From contig NC_083412.1 of assembly GCF_020745735.1 (NCBI RefSeq), positions 59,362,320-59,426,319 on the forward strand: a stretch of 64,000 bases of DNA, given 5' to 3'. The DNA is from Hemiscyllium ocellatum (Eukaryota). The notes under the pieces were generated by a model that made no database searches, had not been told where the DNA came from, and was given only the letters and a program-made list of their open reading frames with translations. Shown here piece after piece: positions 49,381-64,000 of the stretch; the stretch's first letter is position 1, and each line of letters starts with the position of its first letter. The position numbers and the translations under genes were made by a program.

Positions 49381-52300
49381 ACTGGAAATAGACTTGTCAC
49401 AGAATTTTTCCTCTACCATCACCCTCTGTTTCCTGCCTCAGCCAATTTTGGATCCATTGTTATCACTTTGCCGGAAGCCCTTGGACACTTACCTTCATCA
49501 TGTTTTATCAGTAGCAAGAACAAATCATCACTCGATTCAGTCAGAATATTCAGACAGGGTCAACATTGAACTAATCAGAAAGCTCATAACTGAGGCTGTA
49601 GAAACTTAAAAAAAACTCTTTTCACGTGAACTTTGCTTTGGTAACAGTGGTGAGACTGTCAGTGTTCTACAGAAACTGACAGCAATTTTAGGAGTTCCCA
49701 TGTGTGCAGAATAACATGGAAATCCATTCGTTGCTGTCAGTGATAATAACAGAAAATTCAGTAAATAATCAGCAGTTCAGGAGCCTTGGTGGAGGGAGAA
49801 ATAAAGACTGGAATCTTCACCTCCCTGAAAAGCAGCAGGGAAAGTATTGGGGTGGGAATGTAATTGGGCAGGTTGGCATCGGGGGAGATCCTCACCAGCT
49901 TCCCAGCACACCAACAGCCAAGACCCTTGACCTCTTCATGTCACTGCCACTATTAACTCTGTTCCCAGGTGGCAAAAACACTGGCCACCTCCTCAATGGG
50001 TCAAAACCCTTGCAGCCAGATTAGTAAGTGGCAAGCCAACTCCCTGCCTTTGTTTCCGACCCTGTGACTTTTGGCCTCTGACTGGCAGCTCCAAGCAGGT
50101 AGGGCATCACAGTCCCAGGTGGTGATCCAGGCTGAAAGCCCATCGAGTGGTTTCTCCAAGCCTGACTGGTGGGCCTTTCGGTCCATCTTGATGGGTTTGG
50201 GGTCGGGCCCTCATTTATTCTTACCACTATTACCACTGTTACAGAAAATTCAGTCCAAGATTAATATTTCAGGTCACAATCTTCCATTATAACCGGGCAA
50301 GTGAGAAATGTAAATGTTTTAAGCAGTTGAAGAGTGGATAGGGTTTATTTTAAAAAAAAAGAACAAAAGGGCAGGTCAGCGATAGGGTTGAAGGCAGGAG
50401 AAATTAAATGACAAAAGTCTTGATGGTGCAAGGCAAAAGAGAGGTTTTAACATGACAAGTAAAGAAACAAAAGATGTGTTTAATGGAGGTGTGAGCTTCA
50501 GAATCTTGGGAAACTGCCATCTCAAAGGGTTTAAAAAAGAGAGAAAGCAAATCTAGCAAAGTGAAAGCAAGCAAGATTTCGATTGCAATTGCGCTCGTGG
50601 AGGGCAGTGTATAACAGATGTTGCCACCCGCTGGGGTAGTGTGCTGTATATTGAACCCTAATATTCTGAGAATTGTGCCAAATGTGAACGTTTTTTTAAG
50701 GTACATACCTCACTTCATCTGACTTTCAGACCAAGGTTGACATAAAGTATGGACCAGGTTTCTGTACCAACCAAGAATTATTATTTATTCCAAGTAATTC
50801 AACTTTAGCTGCATGGATATGAACTATTGACATATAACTAAAACTCTAATTCCCCTATAAGCTCCCTTTATACACACCTGTACAAATAAATAGGGAAAAT
50901 ACATTATTATCAGAGATAGAAAAAACTGCAAAGTCAATTGAGTGGTCTTTGTTTCCTGGTTCCAATGTTGAAGTAATTCATAATAAAAACTAAAAGACCT
51001 GTGGATGCGAGAAAGCAGAAACAAAAACAGAAAATGCTGTAAGAGCTTCGCAGTTCTGAGGAAGGACAACTAGACTGAAATGTTACCTCTGATTTCTCTC
51101 CATAGCTGTTGCCAGACCTGCTTACCTTTTCCAGCAATTTCCTTTCTTATTTTGAGGTAGACCTTCAGCTGGCCAGATTCCTGTGTTAGTCAGTTATCTT
51201 TCCCTGGATTACTTCTGCCAGTCGATTTTAAGAAATACAGAGTAACTGATTCAGTTGGAAAATATCTCTGATGTATCAATTCAAAAGTCACAGGATATAG
51301 CAACTGCTGTAAGACAAGTAATTGGTTTCCTTCAGGTTTGAACTGATTTATTGACTGTTAGTCAGCTGAAAACTACAATCAGCTTCACTTGTAAACAACC
51401 CCTTGGTTTCTGATTATCTGGACATTGCAGGAATCCAAAGCCACAAAAACAGAGTTCACAACAGGTATTAAATTCCTTGTTGTGAAATTCTGCAGCCATC
51501 CTGGTAAATCATGTTTTTAAAAACAGCTCTTTCTCATTGCAGTTTCCGTTATCTGCCCCAGTATCACCGTTGTAGCTGGTATGATGCAGAGGGTGTAGGG
51601 CCCATAGATAGGCTATGGCCATGCTAACTTAACTGGATTTAACATCTCTTTCCACGACCTTCAAACCCATTGGTGGGGGAAGCGTTAAATCCAGAACATG
51701 GTTGCAGAGTGGCTAAGTTTGGGAAATAAATAATCCAAGGTTTAGAAGTGATGGGTAGAATGGAAAAGGAGGAGGGGTTAGAACAAATAATAAATTATGG
51801 AATATATTCAATAGAGACAAGGAATCACTGCCCAGCATATCAAGGAGTAGACTACTTTGTGTAATAGCTTAGAAGCAACAAGGGGCAAATATCCCTAATG
51901 GGAGCACTTTATAGCCTCCATGTATGCTGTCAAATGGAATATAAATCAGGAAATTAGAGGGAGACATAATCAGGGTAATAAAGAAATCATGGGCATTTTC
52001 AATCAACTTTTTAAAGATTGTAACTAACAAGTTGCTAAAGGGGAAACCAGTGAATGTATTGTGCTTGGAATTTCAAACATCATTCAATAAAGTGGCACAT
52101 AAAAGGGTAATAAAGTGGCACATACCCAATATTAGACTCTTAGGATAGGCTCAATAGTCCTCATTAATGGAAAGTGATTCTCCCAGACTGACGATGACCC
52201 ACTCCTGCTCAACTGTTGTTGTTGTTTCTCTCTCTGGGTTTGATCTCCACCCATTGTTTGCACCTCCTCCTCCTTCAACCCCTATCTTCAACATCTCTGC

Positions 52301-53465
52301 CAACCTTTTCCTAGTACACTCAGCCCTAAAGGAGGGTCACTGGACCAGAAACATTAACTCTGCTTTCTCTTACTGTACCAGCAATTTCTGTTTTTTGTTT
52401 TCGATTTCCAACATATGCAGTTCTTTGGTTTCTTTGTGTAATATGGATTGGGGATTGGCTAATGGACAAGGAACATAGAGTAGGAATAAGTGAGGCATTT
52501 TGGGGTTAGTAGGCTTTAACTAGTGTGGTCTCAGAAGGATCAGTACTTGGACAACAGTTTCATACAATCCATTGACTTCAATGAGGAGGATATGTAATGT
52601 ACAAGAGTTAACTGATGATACAAAAGTAAATAGAAAAGAAGCTGAGTGAAAGTCACAAGGATAATGCAAAATGATTCAGAAAATTTAGCTGATTGAATAT
52701 AAAAATGGAGAAGTGTGAAGCTACCTACTTTTATGGGAGTAGAAATACTTTAAAATGGTGAGAGACTGGTAAATATTTGCAATCAGAGATTTGAGAATAC
52801 TTGTCCATGAATCACAAAGTTGACATGCTTCATCAAGTATTTAGTAGAACTGATTGTATGTTAGACTTTGGTATGTAATAAAAGGATTCAATTATAAGAG
52901 TAAGTAAATGTTATAATAATTATAGAGAGCAGGGCTTTGTTGAGACCACACCTGAAGTATTGTATATGGTTTCAGTTTCCTTGCCTAAGAACTGACAATC
53001 CAGAGGCAGTAACAGGATTTATGGATCTGGATTGTAGAGAGGCCACCCCAAACCTTGAAGTGGCTTTGGATTTTTAAAGTTGCCTTATCCTAGTCAAATT
53101 TATAATGGTTTTAATCAGTTAAAAGTTTTAAAAATCATATCTTCTAAAATAATGGAGTATTGGCTTGTTAGGGCATGAAGACAGGCAGCTGAAGCAAAGC
53201 AGAGCATCGCGTACTAAATAAGCAACTTCATGCATATGCGCGAGCATACACACGTACATACAAGCACAATGTTGAAAGGGGATTGTGACCAGTAAGACAA
53301 AAATAATCAATGATTTAATGAAACAAGGCTGGCTTCCTGAATGCGGTCACCAGTAGCAGGTTTTGCAATTATTTTGAAATCCCGTCCTTCCTGGTTGTAT
53401 TCTTCATAACTGCTTCTGTGGGAACCAGGCCATTTACTTGGAGTGAGATTGGATTCACACACACA

Positions 53466-53880
53466 TGGGCGGCATGATGGCACAGTGGTTAGCACTGCTG
53501 CCTCACAGCGCCAGAGACCTGGGTTCAGTTCCCGCCTCAGGCAACTGTCTGTGTGGAGTTTGTACATTCTCCCTGCGTCTGCGTAAGTTTCCTCCGGGTG
53601 CTCCGGTTTCCTCCCACAGTCCAAAAATGTGTAGGTTAGGTGAATTGGCCATGCTAAATTGCCCGTAGTGTTAGGTGAAGGGGTAAATGGGTCTGGGTGG
53701 GTTGCTGTTCGGAGGTGAAAATGTGTTGCTGGAAAAGCGCAGCAGGTCAGGCAGCATCCAAGGAACAGGAGAATCGACGTTTTGGGCATAAACCCTTCTT
53801 CAGGAGGGTCAGTGTGGACTTGTTGGGCTGAAGGATCTGGTTCCACACTGTAAGTAATCTTATCTAATCTAATTTAATCT
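53466..53880 (+). mobile_element. V-SINE carrying a nested PLE-terminal fragment (about 53716-53802)
   Basis: SINE consensus interrupted by gctggaaaagcgcagcaggtcaggcagcatcc...cccttcttcagga. Confidence 0.82.
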
Positions 53881-54957
53881 AAAATTAAACTATTGAAGTG
53901 CCCCAAAGTAATCAGTGTTCAATGTTCATAACCAGATTTACGAATAACCAAGCCCAGAGTAATTTAATTTCAAGACATTGGTTTTGTGTCTCAAACAAAG
54001 GGCGTAACAATTTATTAACTAAAAACTAACATTAGCAGAGAGAAAATTAAGCAACATGGTAAGCTGATTAACATCTGTGCTTTAAACCTAAAACATTTGA
54101 TTTCTAACCCATTCATGGATAGGCAGACAAACAAAACAAGCACAGTTAAGGGAATGAATAAAATTACAAAACTGGCCAGATTAGTTAAATGGCTTTCACA
54201 ATGCATTGTCTCACAGGCATAAATGTGGACTCCTTGGCTAGTTTTCCTAAAATGTTGATCAGGGTCATCTTTTCAGCTCATTCAGGTAAATACAGCAGAA
54301 CAGTTAATGCAGCTTTTGTCTCTTTGGGTTTCCAGAAGTTGCTGTGTCATATTAGGCAGTGTTCTTCAAATCTTCATTCTGTTGTAGCTGCAGCCCAAAA
54401 CCATTTCTCAGAAAACATAGTTTAAAAAACATCACTTTAATTCTCGTCCTGCCCTGATTGACTTACTAAGGCAGTTCAACAGCTGTTATCTATTGAACAT
54501 GGGTCTCCTTCAAACACATTGATAGTGACCTCATTAAAGGCCAAATTGGTTTGAATGCCTTGCTCTTTCTAGGGAGGGCGAACGTGATTGGGGTCGCTGT
54601 GACTGTTAAAAACATTTTAATCAAGTCTCAATCTTCAACTCGTCTCCAGGCTTAGCCTCACAAACAAACAAAGCTTGCCTGATATTTTCTTTTATTTCCC
54701 AAAGTCCACCAGTCATTTCCAGCTCATTATTCAAAATTGAAAGAAGAATAAAATAAATAATAATCAGCAAGGGTTTTTTCAATGTACATAATCCATAAAG
54801 TTGAATTGCTTCTTCTTCAATTGACTCTTCTCAATGCATTGCCAAAATGAGCGATTTCATTTTAATTATGAAATTTGCTTCATACAAAACTTGTATAATA
54901 TTAGAACAATGCATAAATTGGTTTCCCTCCTGCTTTTTTCTATCAAAATCAACAGGA

Positions 54958-55277
54958 GATTAAATTAAATTAGATTACTTACAGTGTGGAAACAGGCCCT
55001 TCGGCCCAACAAGTCCACACCAACCCGCCGAAGCGCAACCCACCCATACCCCTACACCTACCTCCTACCCAACACTACGGGCAATTTAGCATAGCCAATT
55101 CACCTGACCCGCACATCTTTGGACTGTGGGAGGAAACCGGAGCACCCAGAGGAAACCCACGCAGACACAGGAAGAACCTGCAAACTCCACACAGTCAGTC
55201 GCCTGAGTCGGAAATTGAACCCGGGTCTCAGGCGCTGTGAGACAGCAGTGCTAACCACTGTGCCACCGTGCTGCCCA
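54958..55277 (-). mobile_element. V-SINE
   Basis: Reverse complement of the consensus with TAGAT tail. Confidence 0.86.
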
Positions 55278-56876
55278 CAAATGATATCAAGAATTTTTCA
55301 AATCCTTTATTGCATGCAATTGCCTCTAAAGTAGTATGGCGATTTTTCATAAAGCAGTAAATTTACCTATATGGATTTCATCAATGAAAACCAACAGGAC
55401 AGGAAAGTAAATAAGCATGTTGCAGTTGCAGACATATAAAATAGTGAGTCTGGTTACTATAGTGACTTTACATATATTTTGCTGCTCAATGTGTGACTTC
55501 CCCACTATGTCTGAAAATTGCTCAGCAAGGAATAAATCTGAGGTAGTTTAAGATATTTGCATTGTTGGATTGAACTCTTGGCTGCCATTTTGTTTCTCCT
55601 GTTCAGTGCAACTGAGCAAAAGTTAGAACATGCCCACTGATATCTGGTGATTATTTTGATCTCTATCACCTTGTTTGACTAATTATGGCCTGCATTCTGA
55701 AAAGTATTGGCCCTTCCCTTTTGGAGAGATGCTGGTACATTGTGAAAGGAAACAAAATTTTTCATAAGAATGTGAGCTGCTCATGTGAGGATGGTGATGG
55801 AAAATGCCCTGATTCCAAGACCAAGCAGACAGCTGTAGCCAAGAGAATTGAATGCTGTTATATTTCTTGCCAGTGAATGGATAGGGAGGTGAATTGTTCC
55901 TGAAACAAAAATAGAAACTGCTACAGTATCTCAGCAGATCTGGCAGCATCTGTGGAGAGAAATCAGAGTTAACATTTTGGATCAAGTGATCCTTCCTCAT
56001 GAGAATTTTTATAGGTATAGGCAGGTTGGGAAGAGTTAAGTTCTGAGTTTTGTGAACCAAGATGTTTAGCTGAGCATGACTCAGATCAGATAAGAACTTA
56101 CAGTTAACAGTGGGGTGCAAGAGTAATGGGTCAACAAGTGGAAAAACAGTCATTATGTGGAGCCATTAAGCAATATTGGAAGCATTCAGTATGTAAGGTC
56201 AGTTTAACAAGGTGAAAAGTATTCATTATGTGAAGCCAGTTAAAGTTCAGAACATTCATTGTGTAACACCAGATGGCTTAATCTTTGCTAATGACACTCG
56301 CTGATTATAACAGTCACCCAATTAATATGTATGTTGCCTTATCTGGATGCTCCTTCCTGTAAAATGATTATGTGATTAATTAAGAAACTGCTCTTCCAGA
56401 GAAGACTGAAAGCTCATGTCCGTGTGCACATGGGCGATTATTCTTTCTCTCCCTCAAGGACCCAGAATAAAGATGGAGGTAAAATTATACTGTGTCTGAG
56501 TAGTTTCCTTTGACTGAGAGAGGAAACGGAACGACACTCAGGGCTCTGATTTTTCTCCACAGCTGCTGCCAGACCTGTTGAATTTTTATAGCACTTTCTA
56601 TTTTTATTTCTGATTTACAGCATCCAGAGTTCTTTCAGTTTGAATTGTCCCTGACCTATGTTCAGACAAAGTACTTCCACAGCACCTTCTAGTCAGTGCA
56701 GTGTTAGGGTGTGGATGGAGTCACATTGATGAAATTCATGATTTCTGTACATATTGGGCAAGTGGGACCTGTAGGAATATGTGATTTTTGTGTATATATG
56801 TATTTCTTGTGTCAGCTGTTTTTGTACATAGGCAATTGAATTCTCCATAAAACAATGTTAACTTGCTTACACTCAG

Positions 56877-57006
56877 GCCTCCATGTGGCTCGGCAAGACC
56901 AGCCAAGTGTATTCGTACTGGTCTGTAATGACCAAACTGGGCAGCAGATGGGGCGAGGAGGTGAATCCATTCAGGTTGCCATCTACAGCAAGAAAAATAA
57001 AGAATG
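56877..57006 (+). CDS. TRIM45: TRIM45 exon 3 (filamin repeat)
   Basis: actcag acceptor, gtgagc donor; (G)LHVARQDQPSVFVLVCNDQTGQQMGRGGESIQVAIYSKKNKE(C); 130 nt, phase 1 to 2. Confidence 0.88.
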
Positions 57007-58194
57007 GTGAGCAATTTAACTGTACTGTAAATTACTGCCTGACAAAATGTAGCACGAATACTACATAAAGTGGGTTAAGTTTGAGTTACTGAACAGCATG
57101 TCCACCCCTTGGAGGAACTCTGAGGGACCCCATGTACATCCCCTGTCTAGTTTGGAAAATTTACTGTCCAGCCATTGCACAATCTAGGCCAACGTTCTTG
57201 TACGTACCATAGTTTATTTACCAAAGGCACAAATCACAGATAATCGCTCAAAATGCTTCTGCTCCTGAATCCTTTGAAAACAAATTCATTGACTTTAAAT
57301 GGTCAAAGTTATTTAAAGATTGTTCCTAAATCTTTAGAGTAGTTTCTTAAAAATAAAATTGCTTACCTTCCTAAAATTCCCCATAGACTAAATTTAATTA
57401 TCCGCCTATGCTGATTGTACTGGCTATTTACAAAATACTTGCACTATTTGGTTGATCTCATTCCAGCCTTATTTTCTTGTTCAAGCTGTTCTTGTACGTA
57501 ATAATGAAGCTTTTAAAGCAAAAAAAAAAGCAATGCTTTCATCTCCTTTCAATGACTTGCTGTTTTCTCTGGATGTTTCTGTAGATCCCTTTGTAGGAAC
57601 AAGAGAAATGCAGCATTGCTACATGGGCAAAAAGGCCAAGATCCCAATTCAACTTCCACTGTTCTGATCTTGATACAATCCATGACATAGTGATGGAGTT
57701 GATGATTAATCATGACAGCTAGTTTCTATCAATTACTCCATAACAGGTCCAGACCTGAGGTCAAAAAGTCTCTAGTGGAAAAACTTTCTCAAAATAAGTC
57801 CAAAGTCACCTGTTTTTCTCCCAACTATGTGTGCATAATGTATGCCATGCTCCACATTACTCCTATTATGTGGGGCTTCAATGATTGAATGTACTGATGC
57901 ATTTAATTTATATAACCTTACAATTTATTTTTGGGTTATTCTGAGAAATATTGAACTGAAGTTCAAAATTCTTAAGAAATTGAATATTAAAATAGACCAG
58001 TTGCTTACATTACATTTCAGTAATGGAATGTGAGTAATCCAGATATGAGTGAAGTCATGTGGTTTCCTCTTCTCATTTTGTGTCCACCTATATTTGTATG
58101 CTTTTTTAAAAGGAATATTCAATCCTAAAATACTTTAATAGTAATCCATTGTTTAACTGAATGGAAAATGTGTGAATACTTCTATTTCATGCAG

Positions 58195-58309
58195 CAGTCT
58201 CAAGACAATACTGCACGACAATCATGATGGAACTTATCGATTTATGTACACTCCTCGAGTATCAGGCTTGTATGAGGGATATGTCTGTGTGAAGGGACAG
58301 CATGTACAG
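58195..58309 (+). CDS. TRIM45: TRIM45 exon 4 (filamin repeat)
   Basis: catgcag acceptor, gtgagt donor; SLKTILHDNHDGTYRFMYTPRVSGLYEGYVCVKGQHVQ with the filamin DNHDGTY motif. No further exon was recognised within the window. Confidence 0.88.
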
Positions 58310-58759
58310 GTGAGTGAACAAAGGATGGAGGCCACAAGGATGTATGTTGTCTTGGCTCTTCATATCTTTTGGATCCTGGCTTGAACACAACCTTTTCAGA
58401 GAGAGTTTAAAATAGTTCCTCTGTGTCTCTAAGTGAGTTTTGTGGTTGCATCTGACCACCTAAATATACTTGCCTCTGGAAAGCATACACATGACCATGT
58501 AAAATATACACTTCTGATATACTGTACACTTTACTCAAAAAATGCCCCTAGAATATTTAATTAGAAGCATTGTTGTTTTGTGGTTCATTTTAGCGTGTGG
58601 AGAGTGAAATATAAGGTGTTTCTTTGTCCTTATGTGGATTATTTTATTGAGCTGTTTCACAGCATTGCAATCTTTGCAGTAAGTTCTCTCTTCCTGTTTT
58701 TAAAAATTAGTTCATGTTGATCAAATGTTGATTTGTTGTCAAAGGCATTTATTTTTTTT

Positions 58760-59800
58760 CTCACCTCTTGGGTTCCGCTGTGTTCCACGCTTGGACCAAA
58801 GCTGTAATGAGTTTGAGCTGAGTGGCCCTGATAAAACCTAAACTTGGAGTCACTCTCGGGTTATTGCAATGTCAGTACAACTTGATGGCACTGTCATCGA
58901 CACTTTTCATCAGGTTGTCGATGACAGAGGTAAGTTAAATGGATTGTTGAGGAAAGATTATCTCAGCTCTGAGACATCACTGCAGGAGTTCCTCAAGATG
59001 GTGTCCTGGACTCAATCATCTTCAGTTTCATCAATCACCTTCCCTCCATCATAAGGTCAAAACGTGGGGATGTTTGCAAAATATGCACCACCATTTGCAA
59101 TTCCTCAGATATGAAGCAGTTCATGTTCAAATGCAATGAAATCTGGGCAATATCCAGGCTTGGGCTGACAAGTGGCAATTAACATTCATACTACACAAGT
59201 GCTAGGCAATGATTATCTCCTATACAACACAATCTAACCAGTGCTCCTTGACATTCAATGAGGTCACTGTCTCTGAATCTTCCATTGTCAACATCCTGTG
59301 GCTTACCATTGACCAGAAACTCAACTGGACTCACCACATAAATACAGTGGCTACAAGAGCAGGTCAAATGCTAGGAATACTGTGGTGACTATCTCACCTC
59401 CTGACTCCCCAAAACCTGTCCACCATCCACAAGGCACAGTTAAGGAGTGTGAGAGAATACTCTCCATCTGCCTGAATGGGTGCAGCTCCAACTGCACTCG
59501 AAGTTTGACACCATCCAGGATAAAGCAGCCTGCTTAATTTGCTCCATGTCCACAAGCACCTACTACCTCCACCACCGACATTTAGTAGCAGCAGTGAGTA
59601 CTAGCAGTAGTAGTTGTGTACAGTGCAGAAATTCACCAAAGGTCCTTATACAGTACCTCCCAAGCCCATGACCATGTCCACCTAGAAGGACAAGGGAAGC
59701 AGATACATGGGGCCATCTCCTGCAAATACCCCTCTAAAACATTCACCATCCTGACTTGGAACTATTTGCCTCTCCTTCATTATGGCTGAGTCAAACTCCT
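58760..59800 (+). mobile_element. Old non-LTR retrotransposon RT 3' fragment (CR1/L2 group)
   Basis: LTIDQKLNWTHHINTVATRAGQMLGIL...KFDTIQDKAACLI; a related minus-strand piece lies at 39060-39260. Confidence 0.65.
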
Positions 59801-62399
59801 GGAGCTCCCTTCTTGCTATAGCCTCCTATCATAGGTAAAGTCAGCAAGATATTTCCCAAGGTACTGACCCTTCTGGGATGTGCTTAAGTTCTCTGGTGGA
59901 AGGGGGAGGGGTCTAATGTCAGAGTATGGGAGTGTGAGGGAAGTGAAGCTCCAGGACAACCAGTCAGAAATACCATTCCTTTTCTTGGTGCACTTTCCAG
60001 AATCACTGTAGCAGTCTCCTTAACATACTTGGCATTTGGTTAAATATGTTTCAGAACTCTGCATCTTCCATTTCTAATTCCTCGTGACTTTCTATAAGTG
60101 CCTCACATTTGTTCCATAGCTGGTCACTGATTTAAGGACTTTCCACAATTTGCACCATATGCCCTCCTGCTCCATTCACTGATTCTTCAAAAGCTAACAA
60201 GACTTTGAAATTTTTCCTTTGAGCTGTTCAAGATATGAATTTGCTATTGGACAGCACTTATCAAATTATACAGACTGTGCTATGAATTATACCAGGAGCC
60301 CTTTAAAATGATCAGCTGACCTTGTAACGTGATTCATTTCTGTGCGATGTAACCAACATGTATTACCGGACAGAATGCTATCTTTTGTAGGCAAAATGAT
60401 TTTGCATATACATTGCTACTTCTTAATTGGCTTTAACAGAATGGTGCCTGCCAATTTCTATGGCATTCCCGTAGCAAAACCCTGACAAATCAGAGTCTAC
60501 CTGCTTGTTCTAAAGATGAACAGAGACAGTTAACTGTTCATCCTGCATCTTCATGCCAACAACCAATTGGAATCCTTTCTCAAGCTATAGAAATTAGTGT
60601 TCTGCTTTCTTATTTCCAAGTCGCAAGGAATGCAAGTCAAAAAACTTCACCTCTTGTCTCCTTTCAGCAAGGTACAAGTTCTGTAATACCAAGCAATTAT
60701 TCACTCACTCCCGTCACCAGCTGATCATGAGTAGAGTTTATAACATCTACAAGGTGCACAACAGCAATTCAGAAAGATCTCTGACAGCATATTTCAAATT
60801 GATAACTTCTAGTGCCTAGCACAACAAAAGCAATAGGTAGACGGGAACACCACACCTGAAGTTCCCATCCAAGTCACACACTTCGCTGATTTTTAAATAT
60901 ATCACTGTGTTCTTCCATCATTGCTGTGTCCAAATCCTAACTTTTCCCTAGTGTTGTGTGTGTGTGTGCGCCGACCTTCTAAAGCACAATCAGTGATTGG
61001 TAGAGTGGTCCACATTCTATAAATTAATCTATAAAAGTAATTTCGAACTCCAACAATCCATTAGTATTTTAAGAAGCTACATGTAAAACATGCTTTGACA
61101 ACCTGTCAGAAGTGAGGTGCAATTGCCTGTTACTCAGGCTAATTCCGGAAGGCATTTACTGCAGAGGTGATTTATCAACAATACTGTGCAGTTTGTATAA
61201 AATCTAATCATTCTTTCTACATCCCTATTAACCTCTAATTATCTGCCCATTTTGATCTTTCACTATTTTAAGTTTGTAAGACTCATTTGGTTTTCTTATC
61301 TTCTGCTAATAACCCTTGTGTTTAGTTTACTTTGGTGCACAATAAAAGTAGCTAAATTTAGACTTAATTGCAAAATGCCATTAACAAACAACGAAGAAAT
61401 GAACAAACAATATAATGCAAAAAGAAGAATCAAACCTGGATCAACTCAATCAGTTGGATCTTTAGAAATTCAAGATTTCAAGAACACTGCAACCCAAAAT
61501 TACCTCTTTTCCATTCATGAGCTTTGTCACAGAAGCAAGGACCCACAAACATTATGGATTTGGTACAGCACCTCATTTTGAAGAAAAATTGCTGGCTGTT
61601 AATTTTAAGAAGGTGTGCACATAATCTTTATCCCACTCAAGTGTATAATTTAACTGGGCATTTTGCAAAGCAGAAATTCTGCTTTGGCTGATTCTATGAA
61701 GCGTTTATGTAAAATTGTTTTGTTTCTTTCTTGCAAAGGGAATGCTAAGAGTGATCTTGAAATGTTTTGAAATCTTTGAGAGAATTGTAAGGATTGGAAA
61801 ATAATAGTCAGAGCGTTTAATATTTATTCCCCTGCTTTTCTTAGCAATCTGGCATACATCTCATCCAGGGCTGGTGATGTCTACTTTCAAAGACTGTAAA
61901 CATCTTAATATTTCATCCCTCTCTTGTTTATCACATTCAATGTTTCATATTCCTCCTCATTGATGACCGTGTTAAAATCATTCCCCTCTTGGCAAGATAG
62001 ATACAAACATGCCCCAATTTTTCACCTCCACACACCAATTACCATTTTAGGCTCTAATAGATCCTACACTTTTTTCCCTTGTCATCACCTGGTTTTTGTA
62101 TTTACAAATATCATTGGATATTATCTCATTCCCTTTGCTTTTCTAATATTTTTAAAAACATTTCAACTTTTATAGCTGCTTTACTCTTCTCAGGCTTTCT
62201 GCACTGTTGAGTTCTCAGCATCTGACATAAGCTTCAATTTTTTCCTCTTACCTTACCTTGCATATTCATGGATTGCTCAAGGGTCCTCGATTTGAGATTC
62301 TCAGCGTTTATCTTTAAGAACATATTTGCTCCAAACCTTCAGTCTTTATCTTGAATGTCACCCACTGCTCTTAACACTTTCAATTTGTTGTTTTTCAAC

Positions 62400-62745
62400 T
62401 AGAGTCATAGAGATGTACAGCACGGAAACAGAACTTTGGTCCAGCCCGTCCATGCCGACCAGATATCCCAACGCAATCTAGTCCCACCTGCCAGCACTTA
62501 GCCCATATCCCTCCAAACTCTTCCTATTCGTGTACCCATCCAGATGCCTCTTAAGTGTTGCAATTGTACCAGCCTCCACCACTTCCTCTGGCACCTCATT
62601 CCACACATGCACCACCCTCTGCGTGAAAATGTTGCCCCTTAGGTCTCTTTTATATCTTTCCCTTCTCACCCTAAACCCATGCTCTCTAGTTCTGGACTCC
62701 CCGACCCCAGGGAAAAGACTTTGTCTGTTTATCCTCTCCATCTCA
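62400..62745 (-). mobile_element. CR1 LINE 3' end
   Basis: Near-identical reverse complement of 7160-7500. Confidence 0.88.
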
Positions 62746-63234
62746 GCTTCGTAAAGTTGGCCTTGTGCCAATGGATAAGTTTTTTTGCTGGATCTACGAA
62801 TGTTTTAAAGTAAGTATAAACGAATTATGTTCATTATCAACAAATACTTTTAAGCTAATACACCTTCAACTTGGCTGGCTTCCTGAAGCTAACTAAGATA
62901 GTCTTCTTGAATGTATCAGTGTGCACTGATTTTATTCTGGTTAGAATTGGAATGGTTGAAATCCCTGACTGTCACTACCCTTTTGCCTTTGATAATGTTG
63001 TTTGATAAAAAAGAAGAACAGGAGAAAGCTTGAGCAGAGCATAAATGGAGCATGGACTGCTTGGGCTGAATGTCCCATTTCTGTGCCATATTCTTTGTGT
63101 AATTCTAATGTTTCTGGGTGTACTCTATGAACAAACCATTGCAAAATTTGTCCCTATGTTTTAGAAAGGGTTATTTTTCTCCCTTGTGGAGTAATGTTAC
63201 TTTGTATTTTTCCAGATCTCTGATTTACAAGTCC

Positions 63235-63795
63235 CAGGGTCATATGGCATGGAAACAGACCCCTCAGTCCATCAGTCTATACCATTCACAAACTAAACTA
63301 GTCTTGTCTGCTTGCGTTTGGCCCATATTCCTCCAAACCTTTCCTATTCATGAATTTATTCAAGTGTCTTTTAAATCATGTAAATATACCTGCATCCACC
63401 AGATTCTCTGGCAGTTCATTTGACACATGAACTACTGTGTAAAAAAAAGTTGTCCTCCTATCATTTTTAAATCTTTCTCCCCTCAGCTTAAAAATATGCC
63501 CCAGTTTTGAACTCCCCTTCCCTAGGGAAAAGACCCTTGTCATTCACCTTATCTATGCCCCTCGTGATTTTATAAACATCAAGGTCACTCCCTCAACCTC
63601 CTACACTCCTGTGAAAAAAATCTTTCCAGTTTATTTTTCTATCTCAAACTCTCCATTTCCTGCAACATCCTGGTGAATCTTTTCTGAACCCTCTCCGGCT
63701 TAATAATATCCTTCCTATAACGGGGTTACCAGAACTGTACACAACACTCCAGAAGAGACCTCACCAATGTCCGATACAGCCTCAGCATGATGACC
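63235..63795 (-). mobile_element. CR1 LINE 3' fragment
   Basis: Reverse complement of the CR1 tail, more diverged. Confidence 0.75.
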
Positions 63796-64000
63796 CTTTA
63801 TAAATAAAGCTATCGGTTTTAATCTATGTATTTTAACACAAAAGGCCTTGTGTTCCTGATCAGGTGTTACATTGGATTTCTCATCCATTTCGGAGGGTAA
63901 TTAAAGTAGTCACTTTGGTGTGTGAATGTAGTTACCTAATTCAGGTTAGGTTCAGGTGGATCCATTGCCTAAGCCACATCCTTTGCATTTTTAATGACAA

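Overview
AT-rich vertebrate genomic DNA, most likely from a cartilaginous fish (shark); this is inferred from the V-SINE/HE1-type SINEs, CR1 LINEs and Penelope-like elements. The window holds the last four coding exons of TTF2 (+, 456-13567) and the first four coding exons of TRIM45 (+, 42718-58309, gene continues past the window). Between them, on the minus strand, is an intact-looking, non-rearranging antigen-receptor-like gene: leader (25211-25175), a germline-joined VJ exon (25079-24738), a C1-set exon (22232-21933) and an Arg-bearing, nearly tailless TM exon (16122-16031). All junctions are phase 1 and splice to a 256-aa ORF. A young Penelope-like retroelement with a 15-bp TSD sits about 50 bp upstream of its ATG and places a hammerhead-ribozyme motif in the sense orientation. 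Further hammerhead motifs, mostly decayed, are scattered through Penelope-derived repeats. The remainder is intronic or intergenic DNA rich in CR1/L2 LINE, SINE and Penelope fragments. All gene calls come from manual translation and motif recognition; no database search was run.
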